Shown here: positions 18,152-27,757 of the stretch, piece after piece | Layout of the letters: each line of letters begins with the position of its first letter | How positions within the stretch are numbered: the first letter of the stretch is position 1 | Assembly: GCA_036651815.1 (NCBI GenBank) | Contig: JAVVXB010000003.1 | Coordinates: 42,144 to 106,143 of the forward strand | Direction: 5' to 3' | Source of the DNA: Clostridia bacterium | GTDB taxonomy: Bacteria > Bacillota > Clostridia > Christensenellales > CAG-138 | DNA length: 64,000 nt | Notes under the pieces: generated by a model | The model's input: the letters and a program-made list of their open reading frames with translations, nothing else | The model's database searches: none | Told to the model about the DNA's origin: nothing | Program-made: the position numbers and the translations under genes

Positions 18152-20017
18152 TCAAAATCCCCGCTTAAGATAGATGAGCAACACGTTGATATCTGCTGGC
18201 GATACGCCGGAAATGCGCGCGGCCTGCCCAATGTTCTGGGGCTTGGTTTTTTCCAACTTTTGCCGCGCTTCCAGCCGAAGTCCTTCCAAGGAAAGATAAT
18301 CCACGTCCTGAGGTAGGCGCGTATCCTCGAGTGACTGGGCGCGTGACACTTGTTCCTGCTGCTTTTGAAGATAACCATCATATCGGGCAAGGGTTTCCAC
18401 CTGCTCGGTAATTTGCCAGTCCAATGGGGACAGCGCAGCCGTAATGCCCAGCAGCTCTGTGTAGGTGACGGAGGGCCGCTTGAGCAGGTCAAACAGACGT
18501 GCGCCGGTGGTGGGGACGCTCTCGCCTTTTTGCGTCAACAGTGCCGATAAGGCGACGTTTGGCGGAATAATTTGCTGCAGATCGGCCAGCGCCTTTGCAA
18601 CGCGCTCTTGTTTTTGCCGAAGGCGGTCATAGCGCGCATCGGAAATTAGTCCCGTGCGCTGCGCCTTCTCAGTCAGCCGAATATCCGCGTTGTCCTGCCG
18701 CAGCAGCAGGCGGTATTCGCAACGTGAGGTCATCATACGGTATGGCTCCGGTGTGCCTTTGATGGTGAGATCATCTACGAGCACCCCGAGATACGCTTCT
18801 TCCCGGCCGAGCGTAAAAGGCGCTTCCTCCCGGCAGTATAAAGCGGCGTTCATGCCCGCCAAAAAGCCTTGGGCAGCGGCTTCCTCGTAGCCGGAACTGC
18901 CGTTGAGTTGACCTGCCGTATAGAGACCGGGGATGGTTTTCACCCCAAGGGAATGGTCAAGGGTTGTGGGATCAAGACAGTCATATTCGATGGCATAGCC
19001 AAGCCGCATGACCTCGCAGCGCCGCAACCCGGGCAGCGTGTGCAGCATCGAAAGCTGCACGTCGCCAGGAAGACTGGTACTCATGCCCTGCACATACATT
19101 TCGTTGGTGGACAGCCCTTCCGGTTCGATGAAAATCTGATGGCGCTCCTTATCGGCAAAACGAACGATTTTATCTTCGATGCTTGGGCAGTAACGTGTGC
19201 CGGTGGCGTGAATTTTGCCGCTGTACATGGGGGAACGATGCAGATTTTCAAGTATGATGCGGTGTGTTTCGGCATTGGTATAGGTTAAATAGCAAGGCAC
19301 CTGTTCAACGGTGAGCCGACCGTTCAAAAATGAGAACGCAGGCGTTGGCTCATCGCCATATTGCGGTTCCATCTCGGAAAGATCCAACGTGCTGCGGTTA
19401 ACACGGGCAGGGGTACCGGTTTTAAAGCGGCGCAGCGGAATGCCCAGCCTGAAAAACGCATCCGAAAGATGCTCTGCACGCATCAGCCCGCTCGGGCCGC
19501 TTTCCTGAACAAACGCACCAATCAGAATTCGGCTTTTGAGATAGACGCCCGTGCAAACAGCGACCGCGCGGCAGGTGTAGGAAAAACCCTCCGCGGTGGA
19601 CACGCCACAGATGCGGCCATTCTTGGTCAACAATTCGACCGCCTCGCCTTGACACACCGTCAGGTTTGGCTCGCATTCCAGGGTGCGCTTGATTCGTTCA
19701 TGATATCGGCGTTTGTCCATCTGCGCGCGCAACGAGTGAACGGCCGGACCCTTGCCGGTGTTAAGCATACGCATTTGGATGAGGGTATCGTCTGCCGCCA
19801 GACCCATCTCACCGCCCATAGCGTCGATCTCGCGCACAAGATGCCCCTTGCCCGTGCCGCCGATGGCGGGGTTGCAGGGCATGAGGCCAATGGAATCTAA
19901 ATTCAGCGTCAGCAGCAGCGTTTTTTGTCCCATGCGCGCGCAGGCGAGGGACGCCTCCACCCCTGCGTGACCTGCGCCGATGACGACGCAGTCAAATAAA
20001 AAGAGGTCTGTATTCAT
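18152..20017 (-). CDS. mnmG: tRNA uridine 5-carboxymethylaminomethyl modification enzyme MnmG (GidA)
   Basis: FAD motif VIGAGHAGVEA and conserved MnmG blocks throughout. ATG at 20017, with an in-frame GTG at 20020. Confidence 0.95.
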   Translation of the reverse strand: MNTDLFLFDCVVIGAGHAGVEASLACARMGQKTLLLTLNLDSIGLMPCNPAIGGTGKGHLVREIDAMGGEMGLAADDTLIQMRMLNTGKGPAVHSLRAQMDKRRYHERIKRTLECEPNLTVCQGEAVELLTKNGRICGVSTAEGFSYTCRAVAVCTGVYLKSRILIGAFVQESGPSGLMRAEHLSDAFFRLGIPLRRFKTGTPARVNRSTLDLSEMEPQYGDEPTPAFSFLNGRLTVEQVPCYLTYTNAETHRIILENLHRSPMYSGKIHATGTRYCPSIEDKIVRFADKERHQIFIEPEGLSTNEMYVQGMSTSLPGDVQLSMLHTLPGLRRCEVMRLGYAIEYDCLDPTTLDHSLGVKTIPGLYTAGQLNGSSGYEEAAAQGFLAGMNAALYCREEAPFTLGREEAYLGVLVDDLTIKGTPEPYRMMTSRCEYRLLLRQDNADIRLTEKAQRTGLISDARYDRLRQKQERVAKALADLQQIIPPNVALSALLTQKGESVPTTGARLFDLLKRPSVTYTELLGITAALSPLDWQITEQVETLARYDGYLQKQQEQVSRAQSLEDTRLPQDVDYLSLEGLRLEARQKLEKTKPQNIGQAARISGVSPADINVLLIYLKRGF

Positions 20018-20026
20018 CACCCTGCA

Positions 20027-20035
20027 ATTTTAACA
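20027..20035 (-). promoter_or_regulatory. Extended -10 box TGTTAAAAT, 6 nt upstream of the mnmG GTG-ATG
   Basis: The minus strand reads TGTTAAAAT-TGCAGG-GTGATG. No separate SD. Confidence 0.4.
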
Positions 20036-20059
20036 CAGGTGTACGGGGCGAACAAGACA

Positions 20060-20068
20060 TGGTATACT
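20060..20068 (+). promoter_or_regulatory. Extended -10 box TGGTATACT for the yhaM-like gene
   Basis: TGnTATACT, 37 nt upstream of the ATG at 20105. An AAGGAG SD lies in the leader. Confidence 0.45.
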
Positions 20069-20104
20069 AGAAGAGAAAATTTCTCGTAAGGAGTATGAAC
20101 AATT

Positions 20105-21085
20105 ATGAGCCGTATGCGTCTGCTGAATACCGCTGTCGGACAGTCCTTTGAGGGCTTCTGCATCGTAAAGAGCGTTTCCATCAAAGCAAATATCAAGGGC
20201 AGTGAGTATCTGGATCTGGTTTTGGCTGACTGCGAAGGCGAGGGAACTGCAAAGCTGTGGGATTATAGTAAGGAGCAACACGGTGTATTTGATCCGGATG
20301 ATGTGATTAAGGTGCGCGGAAGCATCACCCTCTGGAAGGATGCGGAGCAACTGAAGATTGAAAAAATCCGCCATACCGCACCAGATGATGATGTGGATAT
20401 GTCACTACTGATCCCCTGCGCACCCTTCGATACCCAGTGGCTATATGATCAAATCTTTGCGCTGGCCGACGATTTTATGGACGATGATCTGAGAAGGCTT
20501 GTACAGTATCTGCTCAGGGAACACAAGGAACAGTTGCTGTATTTTCCGGCGGCGGTCAAGCTGCACCATGCCACCCGGGGAGGGCTGTTGCACCACACCT
20601 GGACGATTACGCAGCTTGCCAAGGCTGTGCTTGCAACCTATCCCGCACTGGATGGAGACCTGGTCTACACGGGTGCGATTCTTCACGATATCGGTAAATT
20701 AGCGGAGCTGGAAACAGGAACGCTGGGACTGGCCAGCAGTTATACCTCAAAAGGCCAGCTTCTTGGACATATCAACATCGGCGTGAGTGAGATTGCGCTT
20801 GCAGCAGAACTGCTGGGCGTTCCGGACGAAACAGCCATGCTTGTTCAGCACATGTTGCTCTCCCACCACGGACAGGCGGAGTTTGGCAGTCCCAAGATGC
20901 CCATGTTTCCAGAGGCAGAGGTACTCAGCGAATTGGACTTGTTAGACAGCAAAATGTATGAGATGTTTTCGGCGCTGGAGGGTGTGCAGCGTGGTGCGTT
21001 TTCAGAGCGGCAGTGGGCGCTGGATAACCGTCAGCTCTATCAACACATGCATAATACCAAAGGAAGTCAAGATGGAAATAACTGA
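20105..21085 (+). CDS. yhaM: 3'-5' exoribonuclease YhaM-like (OB-fold plus HD domain)
   Basis: N-terminal OB-fold region, and HD motifs HHATRGGLLHHT and ILHDIGK. Confidence 0.75.
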   Translation: MSRMRLLNTAVGQSFEGFCIVKSVSIKANIKGSEYLDLVLADCEGEGTAKLWDYSKEQHGVFDPDDVIKVRGSITLWKDAEQLKIEKIRHTAPDDDVDMSLLIPCAPFDTQWLYDQIFALADDFMDDDLRRLVQYLLREHKEQLLYFPAAVKLHHATRGGLLHHTWTITQLAKAVLATYPALDGDLVYTGAILHDIGKLAELETGTLGLASSYTSKGQLLGHINIGVSEIALAAELLGVPDETAMLVQHMLLSHHGQAEFGSPKMPMFPEAEVLSELDLLDSKMYEMFSALEGVQRGAFSERQWALDNRQLYQHMHNTKGSQDGNN

Positions 21086-21902
21086 ACAATCCTCCCGCGG
21101 CCGCAGCATCGGCGCGGGATTTCTCTATTTTGGCGTCTATCTGGCCGCACAGTTTATCGTATTGGTGCCGTTTGTGATGTATCGATTGGTGACCGAAATA
21201 TTGGCGTTGGGGATCAATGATCCAAATGCGTGGCTTTCGGCGGTTGAAGCGATTAGAAATGACACAGTACTAATTTCCGGAGTGACAAATTTGGTACTGT
21301 TGATGGTGGTTTGGCTTATTTTTGCTGTGCGCAAAAAACCGATATTGGCAAGCGTCGGGATAACGCCCGTTTCATTTTCCCGACTTGCACTGCTACTGCC
21401 GCTGGGCTTCACGCTCAACTGCTTTCTTTCCTTGGCGCTGGGTTTGCTGCCCACATCACTCATGGAGGGGTATAATACCGCCACAGAAGTTGTGGCCGGC
21501 AACACTGATTTGCTTGCCATTCTCATGGTTGCGTTGATTGCTCCGCTGACCGAGGAGGTCGTGTTCCGGGGATTGCTGTATTCCAGATTTCGGCAGGGTA
21601 TGCCTAAGTGGGCCGCGATGCTTGTATCCAGCGCCCTGTTTGGCGCGCTGCACGGGCAGATTGTGTGGATGCTCTATGCGTTTTGCTTTGGCATGCTGCT
21701 TTGCCTTATTACGGACTGGTATGGATCACTGCTGGGAAGCATCGTGCTGCATTTTGCATTCAATTTCAGCAGCTATTTGGTTGCGCAAATGAAAAGCGTA
21801 CCCGTCATCATTCTGCTGATTGTCACGGGTGTGCTAAGCTTCCAACTGCTGCATATCATCAAAAAGTCTTGTGCTTCAGCAGCACAGACGTCTGATCAGT
21901 GA
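21072..21902 (+). CDS. CPBP family intramembrane glutamic endopeptidase (CAAX protease/Abi-like)
   Basis: Motifs EEVVFRG, FGALHG and HFAFNF within multiple TM helices. ATG at 21072 with AGGAAG SD. Overlaps the yhaM end by 14 nt. Confidence 0.8.
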   Translation: MEITEQSSRGRSIGAGFLYFGVYLAAQFIVLVPFVMYRLVTEILALGINDPNAWLSAVEAIRNDTVLISGVTNLVLLMVVWLIFAVRKKPILASVGITPVSFSRLALLLPLGFTLNCFLSLALGLLPTSLMEGYNTATEVVAGNTDLLAILMVALIAPLTEEVVFRGLLYSRFRQGMPKWAAMLVSSALFGALHGQIVWMLYAFCFGMLLCLITDWYGSLLGSIVLHFAFNFSSYLVAQMKSVPVIILLIVTGVLSFQLLHIIKKSCASAAQTSDQ

Positions 21903-21953
21903 AGCGGCGGCGATTCTGTCGCAGGTAGGCGGACATCTAAAAAAAGTGTGCGC

Positions 21954-22985
21954 TTATTTCACTGTAACCTCATAAGGCCAGCTTTGAATGCCGCCCATGT
22001 CCCATACGTTCCGATAGCCGGCCTTGAGCAGTTTGTCCGCTGCCGCCTTGCTGCGTTTGCCAGAACGGCAGTAAACCACGATCATTGCTTCCGGTTCTGG
22101 CAGTGTTGGTACGGGGGCGGTACTCAAGATTGTTTCATTTGGAATCAAAAGCGCGCCGCGGATATGGCCGGCCTCATATTCTTTTGGCGTGCGCACGTCA
22201 ACGAGGATGAAATTCGACTGTTCGTCCAACCGTTCCTTCACCTCGGCAGGTGAGATGGTTTGATAACGGGCGGAACCGTGTAGCCGTTCGGGAACGAGTG
22301 CTTTGGCCGGTCGGGTATAGTCAGCCGAATCGATTGTAAGTGTGCGAAAGATGGAGATTTCATCCTTCGGGATATGACAATACCCGGTCGGATTTTTGAT
22401 CAGGTAGTCCTGATGGTATTCCTCCGCCGGATAGAAATTCAAAAGCGGACCGATTTCCACACAAAAGGGGTTCGCCGCTGACGCTTCGATGGCGGCGATG
22501 CGTGAGACCGTGGCTTGCGAGGCGTCGTCCATATAGTAAATGCCGGTTTGATACTGGGAACCGATGTCGTTGCCCTGCTGATGCTCCACCGTGGGGTCGA
22601 TCACATAGAAATAGGCCAGCAACAGCTTTTCCAAACAAACCTGCGCTGGATCGTACGTAACCTCCACCGTCTCCCGAAAATTGGTTTGTCCACTACAGAC
22701 CGCAGAATAGTTGGCTTCCTGCGGGCTATCTCCGTTTGCATAGCCGCTGACCGCGTTTTGCACGCCAGGAATCGAGGCCATGAGCTGCTCCGTTCCCCAG
22801 AAGCAACCGCCGGCAAAATAAATCTTACGCATAGAGTCCTCCGTTTTTGCTACATTCGTCTGCGTCGCCATTTGCTCGGCCGTTTTTGCAGCGGGTGATT
22901 CTTCAATTAAACCAGGCGTGCCGCAGCCCGCCAGCAAGACGGCAACAAGCATAAACACTATCAATAGAATTGTAAAAGAACGCAC
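21954..22985 (-). CDS. msrA: Exported lipoprotein fusion: peptide-methionine (S)-S-oxide reductase MsrA plus C-terminal rhodanese domain
   Basis: Lipobox LLAGC. MsrA active site GGCFWG. Rhodanese loop CRSGKRS. Start proposed at GTG 22985 (GGGAGG 7 nt upstream); the track ATG at 23000 is the alternative. Confidence 0.85.
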   Translation of the reverse strand: MRSFTILLIVFMLVAVLLAGCGTPGLIEESPAAKTAEQMATQTNVAKTEDSMRKIYFAGGCFWGTEQLMASIPGVQNAVSGYANGDSPQEANYSAVCSGQTNFRETVEVTYDPAQVCLEKLLLAYFYVIDPTVEHQQGNDIGSQYQTGIYYMDDASQATVSRIAAIEASAANPFCVEIGPLLNFYPAEEYHQDYLIKNPTGYCHIPKDEISIFRTLTIDSADYTRPAKALVPERLHGSARYQTISPAEVKERLDEQSNFILVDVRTPKEYEAGHIRGALLIPNETILSTAPVPTLPEPEAMIVVYCRSGKRSKAAADKLLKAGYRNVWDMGGIQSWPYEVTVK

Positions 22986-23026
22986 CGCCCTACCTCCCAT
23001 ACTGTAACAAATGAGATTACAGTATG

Positions 23027-23055
23027 ATATTATCAGGCGGAGCGGTGCATGTCAA
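23027..23055 (-). promoter_or_regulatory. Sigma-A type promoter for the msrA-rhodanese gene
   Basis: The minus strand reads TTGACA-N17-TAATAT, about 40 nt upstream of the start. Confidence 0.5.
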
Positions 23056-23073
23056 GCGGTGATTGAAGGAGGC

Positions 23074-25122
23074 TTAACCGTAGGCGATAGAGAGCTTGGT
23101 CAACGTATCCCAGTTGGTTAGCGAGATGACGGAGATGGTGGAATCGCTGAGCACGTAGAAATAATCGCCAATGAACATTCCACGCAGATTCCAGCTGTAC
23201 AGGTCGTTCGTCATGGAAATCTTTTTCAGTTGCTCAAAGCCCTGTGCCTTAGTGTATTTGTAGATATAGTAGGCGCTGTCAGCAGGGAATGCGATCAGAT
23301 TTTTGGCCGCGTCTACAAGAATGGACTTATGATTCGCTCCTGCCGCTGTCCAGTCCGCATCGATTTTTTCGGTGGATAGTTCGCGTACGTCGGTCTTATT
23401 GGAGATATCAAACATGCTGAGCTTAACGCCCTCACGCTGTCCACTCTTTTCATTCGCGGAATAGCCAATGCCCAGCAACAGACCCTTGTTGAACACATGC
23501 AAGTATTCGCTAAAGCCGGGAATTTTGAGCTTACTTAGGATGCGCGGATTGGTTGGATTGGCCAAATCCACAGCAAATAGAGGATCGATCTGGCGGAAGG
23601 TGACAAAGTAGCCCACGTCGCCATCAAAGCGCACAGACTGCACCAACTCATCCGGGGCAAGGTTTTCGATCTTACCCAATACATTCAGCGTTTGATCCAA
23701 CGTATAGAGGCAGTTATAATCCTTGCTGTCGTATTCATAGGAATCCACGCCGTCGGTAAAGACGCGCTCCTCCCATTCGTTGACGGTTGTGACCACGCGG
23801 AACACATCCTTGTATTCATCCATGGAAAACTGATTGAGCAGCGTGCCGCGAACACTGCCGGCGGCAAGCTGGGTAATGACGCCCTTGTCAAGGGAGAAGA
23901 GCATGAGCTTTGTGCAGCTCTCAGAGGTGGTAACCTGCACATTTTTGCCGTCCTGATTGGGATGGATATCGCTGGTTTGACTCTTGTTTTCGCCAAGTGA
24001 AAGCAGCAGATGCTCCGCGTTGCAGTAGATGTTGCTGGTGCCGCCGAACACGGCCTTGGCGGCGGCATGTTCGGTGCCTTCCCGCAGATTGATGGCGCCG
24101 ATAACCGTATAGGCGGAGCTCTGTGGAGTCCCATAAACCAGAATATCGCCCGGAGCGATCGTTTTTGTGACGTTACCCGCCGTTAGTTCCGGCACGAATG
24201 TGCCAGGCTGATTCCGCACAGGCCTCCAGACATTTTGTGCGGTCACAAGATATACAAAATCGCCGATCAACCGAGAGGAAACATAACTACCGCTCTGGGC
24301 GAGGGATGCAAGCTTGCGGGGTTTCTCAGGGTTTGCAATGTCATAGAGCAGAATTTGGGTTTGTTCTTTGTTTTGATTGTAGCCGTCGCTGCCGTCGTTC
24401 ACCCAAACGGTGGTGTAGCCTTGGGTAATGATCATCAGCCGGTCATCCAACAGGAATAATTCCGAATTGTAGCCCCACCACTGATCGCTTTCTTGAAAAA
24501 GAGTGCTGGAGACAATCTTTGTGGCAGCGCCGTTCGCAACTATGATGTTGAGCTGATTGTTGACAATATAATAGATATACTTGCCGTCGGTCTTAACAAT
24601 ATCGGCCTCATCCACGCCCTTGACCTGCACATTTGTGGTACTGTGATTGCTACTGCCATCAGAAAGGGATCCAGATTCGGTTTGAGCGCTTGCGGAGAGG
24701 GGGGTATCCGCGGCTGCAGACTCGGTGCCGGAATCCATTGGAGCAGGGGCAGATTCGTTGGCGGCGGAACTTTTTACGTTCGCACGGTTGATCTGCATGG
24801 TTTCCATGAGCTCGAACAGCTCGTCATAGTTGTTGAATAGAGTGGTCTCGGTCAATCCTGGAACAGCCACGTCTGCCGATTCCTGAGAACCGACTGCAGC
24901 AGCCATTGGTACGGCGGCCGTGTTGGCGCGTCCGTTTAGCGCAAGACCCAGAATTCCTCCGGCAATCAATACGACGGCTGCTGCAACCGCCCCATAGCGT
25001 ACGAAAGCATTGCGCCGCTTGCGCACCGGTTCTTCTTGTGTTACTTTATTCTTAATTTCCATGAGCAACGTCTCCTTTGCATGAAGTTTTTCGTTGTCAC
25101 GGATATACTGCTCCTTAAACAT
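23074..25122 (-). CDS. Single-pass membrane protein with a large extracytoplasmic beta-propeller domain (PF09826-like); candidate anti-sigma factor
   Basis: Short cytoplasmic N-terminus, one TM helix, and the signature TNVQVKGVDEADIVKTDGKYIYY typical of the Beta_propel family. Start overlaps the ECF sigma stop by 8 nt. The anti-sigma role is inferred. Confidence 0.65.
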   Translation of the reverse strand: MFKEQYIRDNEKLHAKETLLMEIKNKVTQEEPVRKRRNAFVRYGAVAAAVVLIAGGILGLALNGRANTAAVPMAAAVGSQESADVAVPGLTETTLFNNYDELFELMETMQINRANVKSSAANESAPAPMDSGTESAAADTPLSASAQTESGSLSDGSSNHSTTNVQVKGVDEADIVKTDGKYIYYIVNNQLNIIVANGAATKIVSSTLFQESDQWWGYNSELFLLDDRLMIITQGYTTVWVNDGSDGYNQNKEQTQILLYDIANPEKPRKLASLAQSGSYVSSRLIGDFVYLVTAQNVWRPVRNQPGTFVPELTAGNVTKTIAPGDILVYGTPQSSAYTVIGAINLREGTEHAAAKAVFGGTSNIYCNAEHLLLSLGENKSQTSDIHPNQDGKNVQVTTSESCTKLMLFSLDKGVITQLAAGSVRGTLLNQFSMDEYKDVFRVVTTVNEWEERVFTDGVDSYEYDSKDYNCLYTLDQTLNVLGKIENLAPDELVQSVRFDGDVGYFVTFRQIDPLFAVDLANPTNPRILSKLKIPGFSEYLHVFNKGLLLGIGYSANEKSGQREGVKLSMFDISNKTDVRELSTEKIDADWTAAGANHKSILVDAAKNLIAFPADSAYYIYKYTKAQGFEQLKKISMTNDLYSWNLRGMFIGDYFYVLSDSTISVISLTNWDTLTKLSIAYG

Positions 25123-25618
25123 CCGAATATGCCCCTTTCAGTTGCTGCCGCAGCATATCGCGTGCGCGGAAGAGCTGAGATTTAACGGTATTGACCGAAA
25201 TACGAAGCAGCTTGGCAATTTCCTCCACCTGATATCCTTCGTAATAAAACAGATGGATTACCGTGCGGTATTTTTCCGGCAGTTTCAGCACCTCTGCATA
25301 GACCTCTGTGTCCTCCTGCATCGAAGTGAGTATCGTATCGTCCTGCGGCATGGTGTGCCGACGCCAGGCAGATGTCAAAAGTGACTTTGTGCAGTTGATG
25401 GTCACGGTCAAAAACCATGCCTTTTGGTGTGCGCGGTCGTTCCAGACGGGCTGTCGCCGCAGACAGCGCAAGAACACTTCCTGTAGAACATCGTCCGCGT
25501 CCGCACTGCTTTTTGTGCGTAAAAATGCCAGCCGGTAGATCATATCGGCATATGCGGTAAACAATGCTTCCGCATCTGCCGATGGAATTGCTTGTTGATT
25601 CATCAGCTGCTGCTCCAT
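25115..25618 (-). CDS. ECF-type RNA polymerase sigma-70 family factor
   Basis: Region 2 (DDVLQEVFLRC) and region 4 HTH (EEIAKLLRISVNTVKSQLFRAR). Start taken at MEQQLMN (25618), not the track start at 25705. Confidence 0.85.
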   Translation of the reverse strand: MEQQLMNQQAIPSADAEALFTAYADMIYRLAFLRTKSSADADDVLQEVFLRCLRRQPVWNDRAHQKAWFLTVTINCTKSLLTSAWRRHTMPQDDTILTSMQEDTEVYAEVLKLPEKYRTVIHLFYYEGYQVEEIAKLLRISVNTVKSQLFRARDMLRQQLKGAYSDV

Positions 25619-25733
25619 CAAAACCGTTCCTCTCTTCCACACATAACACCGTTCAAGGAAACATTTGGTTGCATACAAGTTTTTTTCCAAATGTGTGCGA
25701 GACATGCTCTGCGCATGACTAAGGTGGATGGAA

Positions 25734-25742
25734 CATTATAGC
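25734..25742 (-). promoter_or_regulatory. Extended -10 box TGCTATAAT upstream of the ECF sigma operon
   Basis: The minus strand reads TGCTATAAT, about 115 nt upstream of the sigma start. No ECF-type GAAC/CGT promoter was recognised. Confidence 0.4.
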
Positions 25743-25868
25743 ATGCTGGTAGGCACGAGGCAAAGAAACGAATTGTCATAGCGGGAAGTTTTCAATTTGC
25801 ACACATTCTCATGGCAGGGTTTTTGGTAAGGCGTCTCGAATTGGTATACACAGAAGGGAGTGAGAAAA

Positions 25869-26537
25869 ATGGAAAAGAAAATTCCTCATATCAGCAGCCA
25901 GCTGCGAAGGCACTATGTAGAAATGCCCCAAGAGGTCTGGAGCGCCAGCGGAATCATCATCTGGGGGAAACGCATAAAATCGCTGGTGTTTTCAACAGAT
26001 CTTGCCATCATCCGCAACTGCAATGCGGACGCCGTGCTGTCAGTTTATCCCTTCACGCCGCAGCAGGTCATTGCAGATGCCATCATTGCGGCGTCGTACA
26101 TACCGGTGTTCTGCGGCGTGGGCGGCGGCATCACCGGCGGTGCGCGTGTTATTGCGCTTGCACAGGATGCGGAGGCAGAGGGTGCCATGGGCGTTGTGGT
26201 CAACGCGCCAATTCCGGCAGAAATTATCCGCAAGATGCGTGAGGTAATCGATATTCCCATCGTTGCCACCGTTGTGAACGAATCCACCGATGTATCCGCG
26301 CGTATCGACGCGGGCGTATCCATATTGAATGTTTCCGCCGCAGGACGCACACCAATGGTGGTGGACTGGATTCGCAAAAAACACCCAGATTTTCCGATTA
26401 TTGCCACCGGTGGACCAACGGGGGAAACGATCCGGCAGACGATCAGCGCCGGCGCCAATGCAATCAGCATTACGCCGCCGACAATCAATGAGCTTTTTAA
26501 GCAAATTATGGAAACTTATCGCGATCAGGAATGGTAA
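25869..26537 (+). CDS. Conserved protein of unknown function, probably a phosphate-binding (beta/alpha)8-barrel fold
   Basis: 222 aa. Gly-rich loops (GVGGGITGG, ATGGPTG) and alternating beta/alpha-like pattern. GAAGGGAG SD 8 nt upstream of the ATG at 25869. Confidence 0.45.
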   Translation: MEKKIPHISSQLRRHYVEMPQEVWSASGIIIWGKRIKSLVFSTDLAIIRNCNADAVLSVYPFTPQQVIADAIIAASYIPVFCGVGGGITGGARVIALAQDAEAEGAMGVVVNAPIPAEIIRKMREVIDIPIVATVVNESTDVSARIDAGVSILNVSAAGRTPMVVDWIRKKHPDFPIIATGGPTGETIRQTISAGANAISITPPTINELFKQIMETYRDQEW

Positions 26538-26562
26538 ATTACGCATCAATTCCGCTTACTTA

Positions 26563-26571
26563 TGCTATACT
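26563..26571 (+). promoter_or_regulatory. Extended -10 box TGCTATACT, 8 nt upstream of the lipoprotein ATG
   Basis: TGCTATACT-AGAAAAGT-ATG (ATG at 26580). Confidence 0.45.
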
Positions 26572-26579
26572 AGAAAAGT

Positions 26580-27515
26580 ATGAGAAAGCGTTTGATGGAT
26601 TGTGTTTTGATGGTAACCTTGCTGACGGTTCTGTCCGGCTGCAACATGATGAACGTCGGCCCGCTGACCTTATCCACGCCGACACCGGAGCCAACACCAG
26701 AACCAACGCCCTCGCCGATCCCCGTGGTGGCACTCGTCAACGCCGGGGAAGACAAGGCGTTTTTCAAAGGTGTCCAGGAAAGCGTAGAGGAAGCCGGGCT
26801 GCAGTTTTCGGGGATAGATCGTGGGCTAAGCGGACTCTCCACGCTATTGGAAAAGGGCGCGTGCAGCGTCATCGTATACGTCAAGGATGAAATGGACGAT
26901 TTGACTGCTCTGAGTGCACTGGAGTACCCCGTGCTGCTCTATCAGGCTGGAAGCCGTCCGCTACCAAAGAATTTTGCCGCGGTGGAACCGGAAAACGGAA
27001 GTAGCGCGGTGGACATGCTGTCCGCGGCGCTGACCTATCCGCCGCACAATACACCCGTGCGTCTCATTGGCTTGTTTGATACCCGAGAGGGGGATGCTTT
27101 TGCAATTTGGACTGCTGGCGTGACGGAAGGGCGGGTACTGAGCAAAGGCGTCTATGTTGCGGCGGAGGCGGCGGCGGACGAATTGTTTGCAGATTGGTTG
27201 AGCGCAAAGCTATCCCGCTACTATCCGGGAATGGTGGACGCAATCTATTCGGAAACCGGTTCACTGGCGGTCGAAACGGCGCGTGTGCTGGCTAAGGCAG
27301 ACCGAGCGGATATGGAAATCTTTTCTGCCGGTACGGATGGAAACGTATTTGAGATGATGCGTACCTATCCGAAGCTGTTGGTGGCTGCGGCGGGCGTAGA
27401 TCCGGAGGCCGCCGGCCGCGCTTGCGCGGAGCGTGCAATCGGGTTGCTGGCTGAAAATCAAAAGGATGTGACTACGCTGCCCGCGCAGATTCATGCAGCG
27501 GCAGAGCTGCAATAG
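26580..27515 (+). CDS. Lipoprotein of unknown function (possible periplasmic-binding-protein-like fold)
   Basis: Lipobox LSGC followed by a PTPEPTPEPTPSP linker. No catalytic motif recognised. Confidence 0.55.
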   Translation: MRKRLMDCVLMVTLLTVLSGCNMMNVGPLTLSTPTPEPTPEPTPSPIPVVALVNAGEDKAFFKGVQESVEEAGLQFSGIDRGLSGLSTLLEKGACSVIVYVKDEMDDLTALSALEYPVLLYQAGSRPLPKNFAAVEPENGSSAVDMLSAALTYPPHNTPVRLIGLFDTREGDAFAIWTAGVTEGRVLSKGVYVAAEAAADELFADWLSAKLSRYYPGMVDAIYSETGSLAVETARVLAKADRADMEIFSAGTDGNVFEMMRTYPKLLVAAAGVDPEAAGRACAERAIGLLAENQKDVTTLPAQIHAAAELQ

Positions 27516-27757
27516 CGTCGTGGTGGATACAACTTCATACCAGAAAAAAACGTGCATCTACGGAAACAATCATTAAAGAATCAACAACAGAGCATTTCTG
27601 CTGAAATATTTTCATTCTGATTTGAATCCCCATCGTCCACTAAAAGCGTGGGCTATGGGGATATTGTGATGCCGGATGACGCCTCAGCTTAAAAATCGAA
27701 TACTTTATGGCGTGTTTATTAACTTTCTGAGGCAATCGCCGTATTGTAACATTTATT

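Noticed and set aside
25619-25705. N-terminal extensions in the ORF track. Examples are the ECF sigma from 25705, thpR from 7584, CPBP from 20958, the sirtuin from 46094, htpG from 42043 and rarA from 47600.
   Set aside because: The extensions lack an SD, overlap neighbouring genes or promoters, and have no counterpart in the known N-termini of these families. Internal starts with an SD or a promoter fit better.
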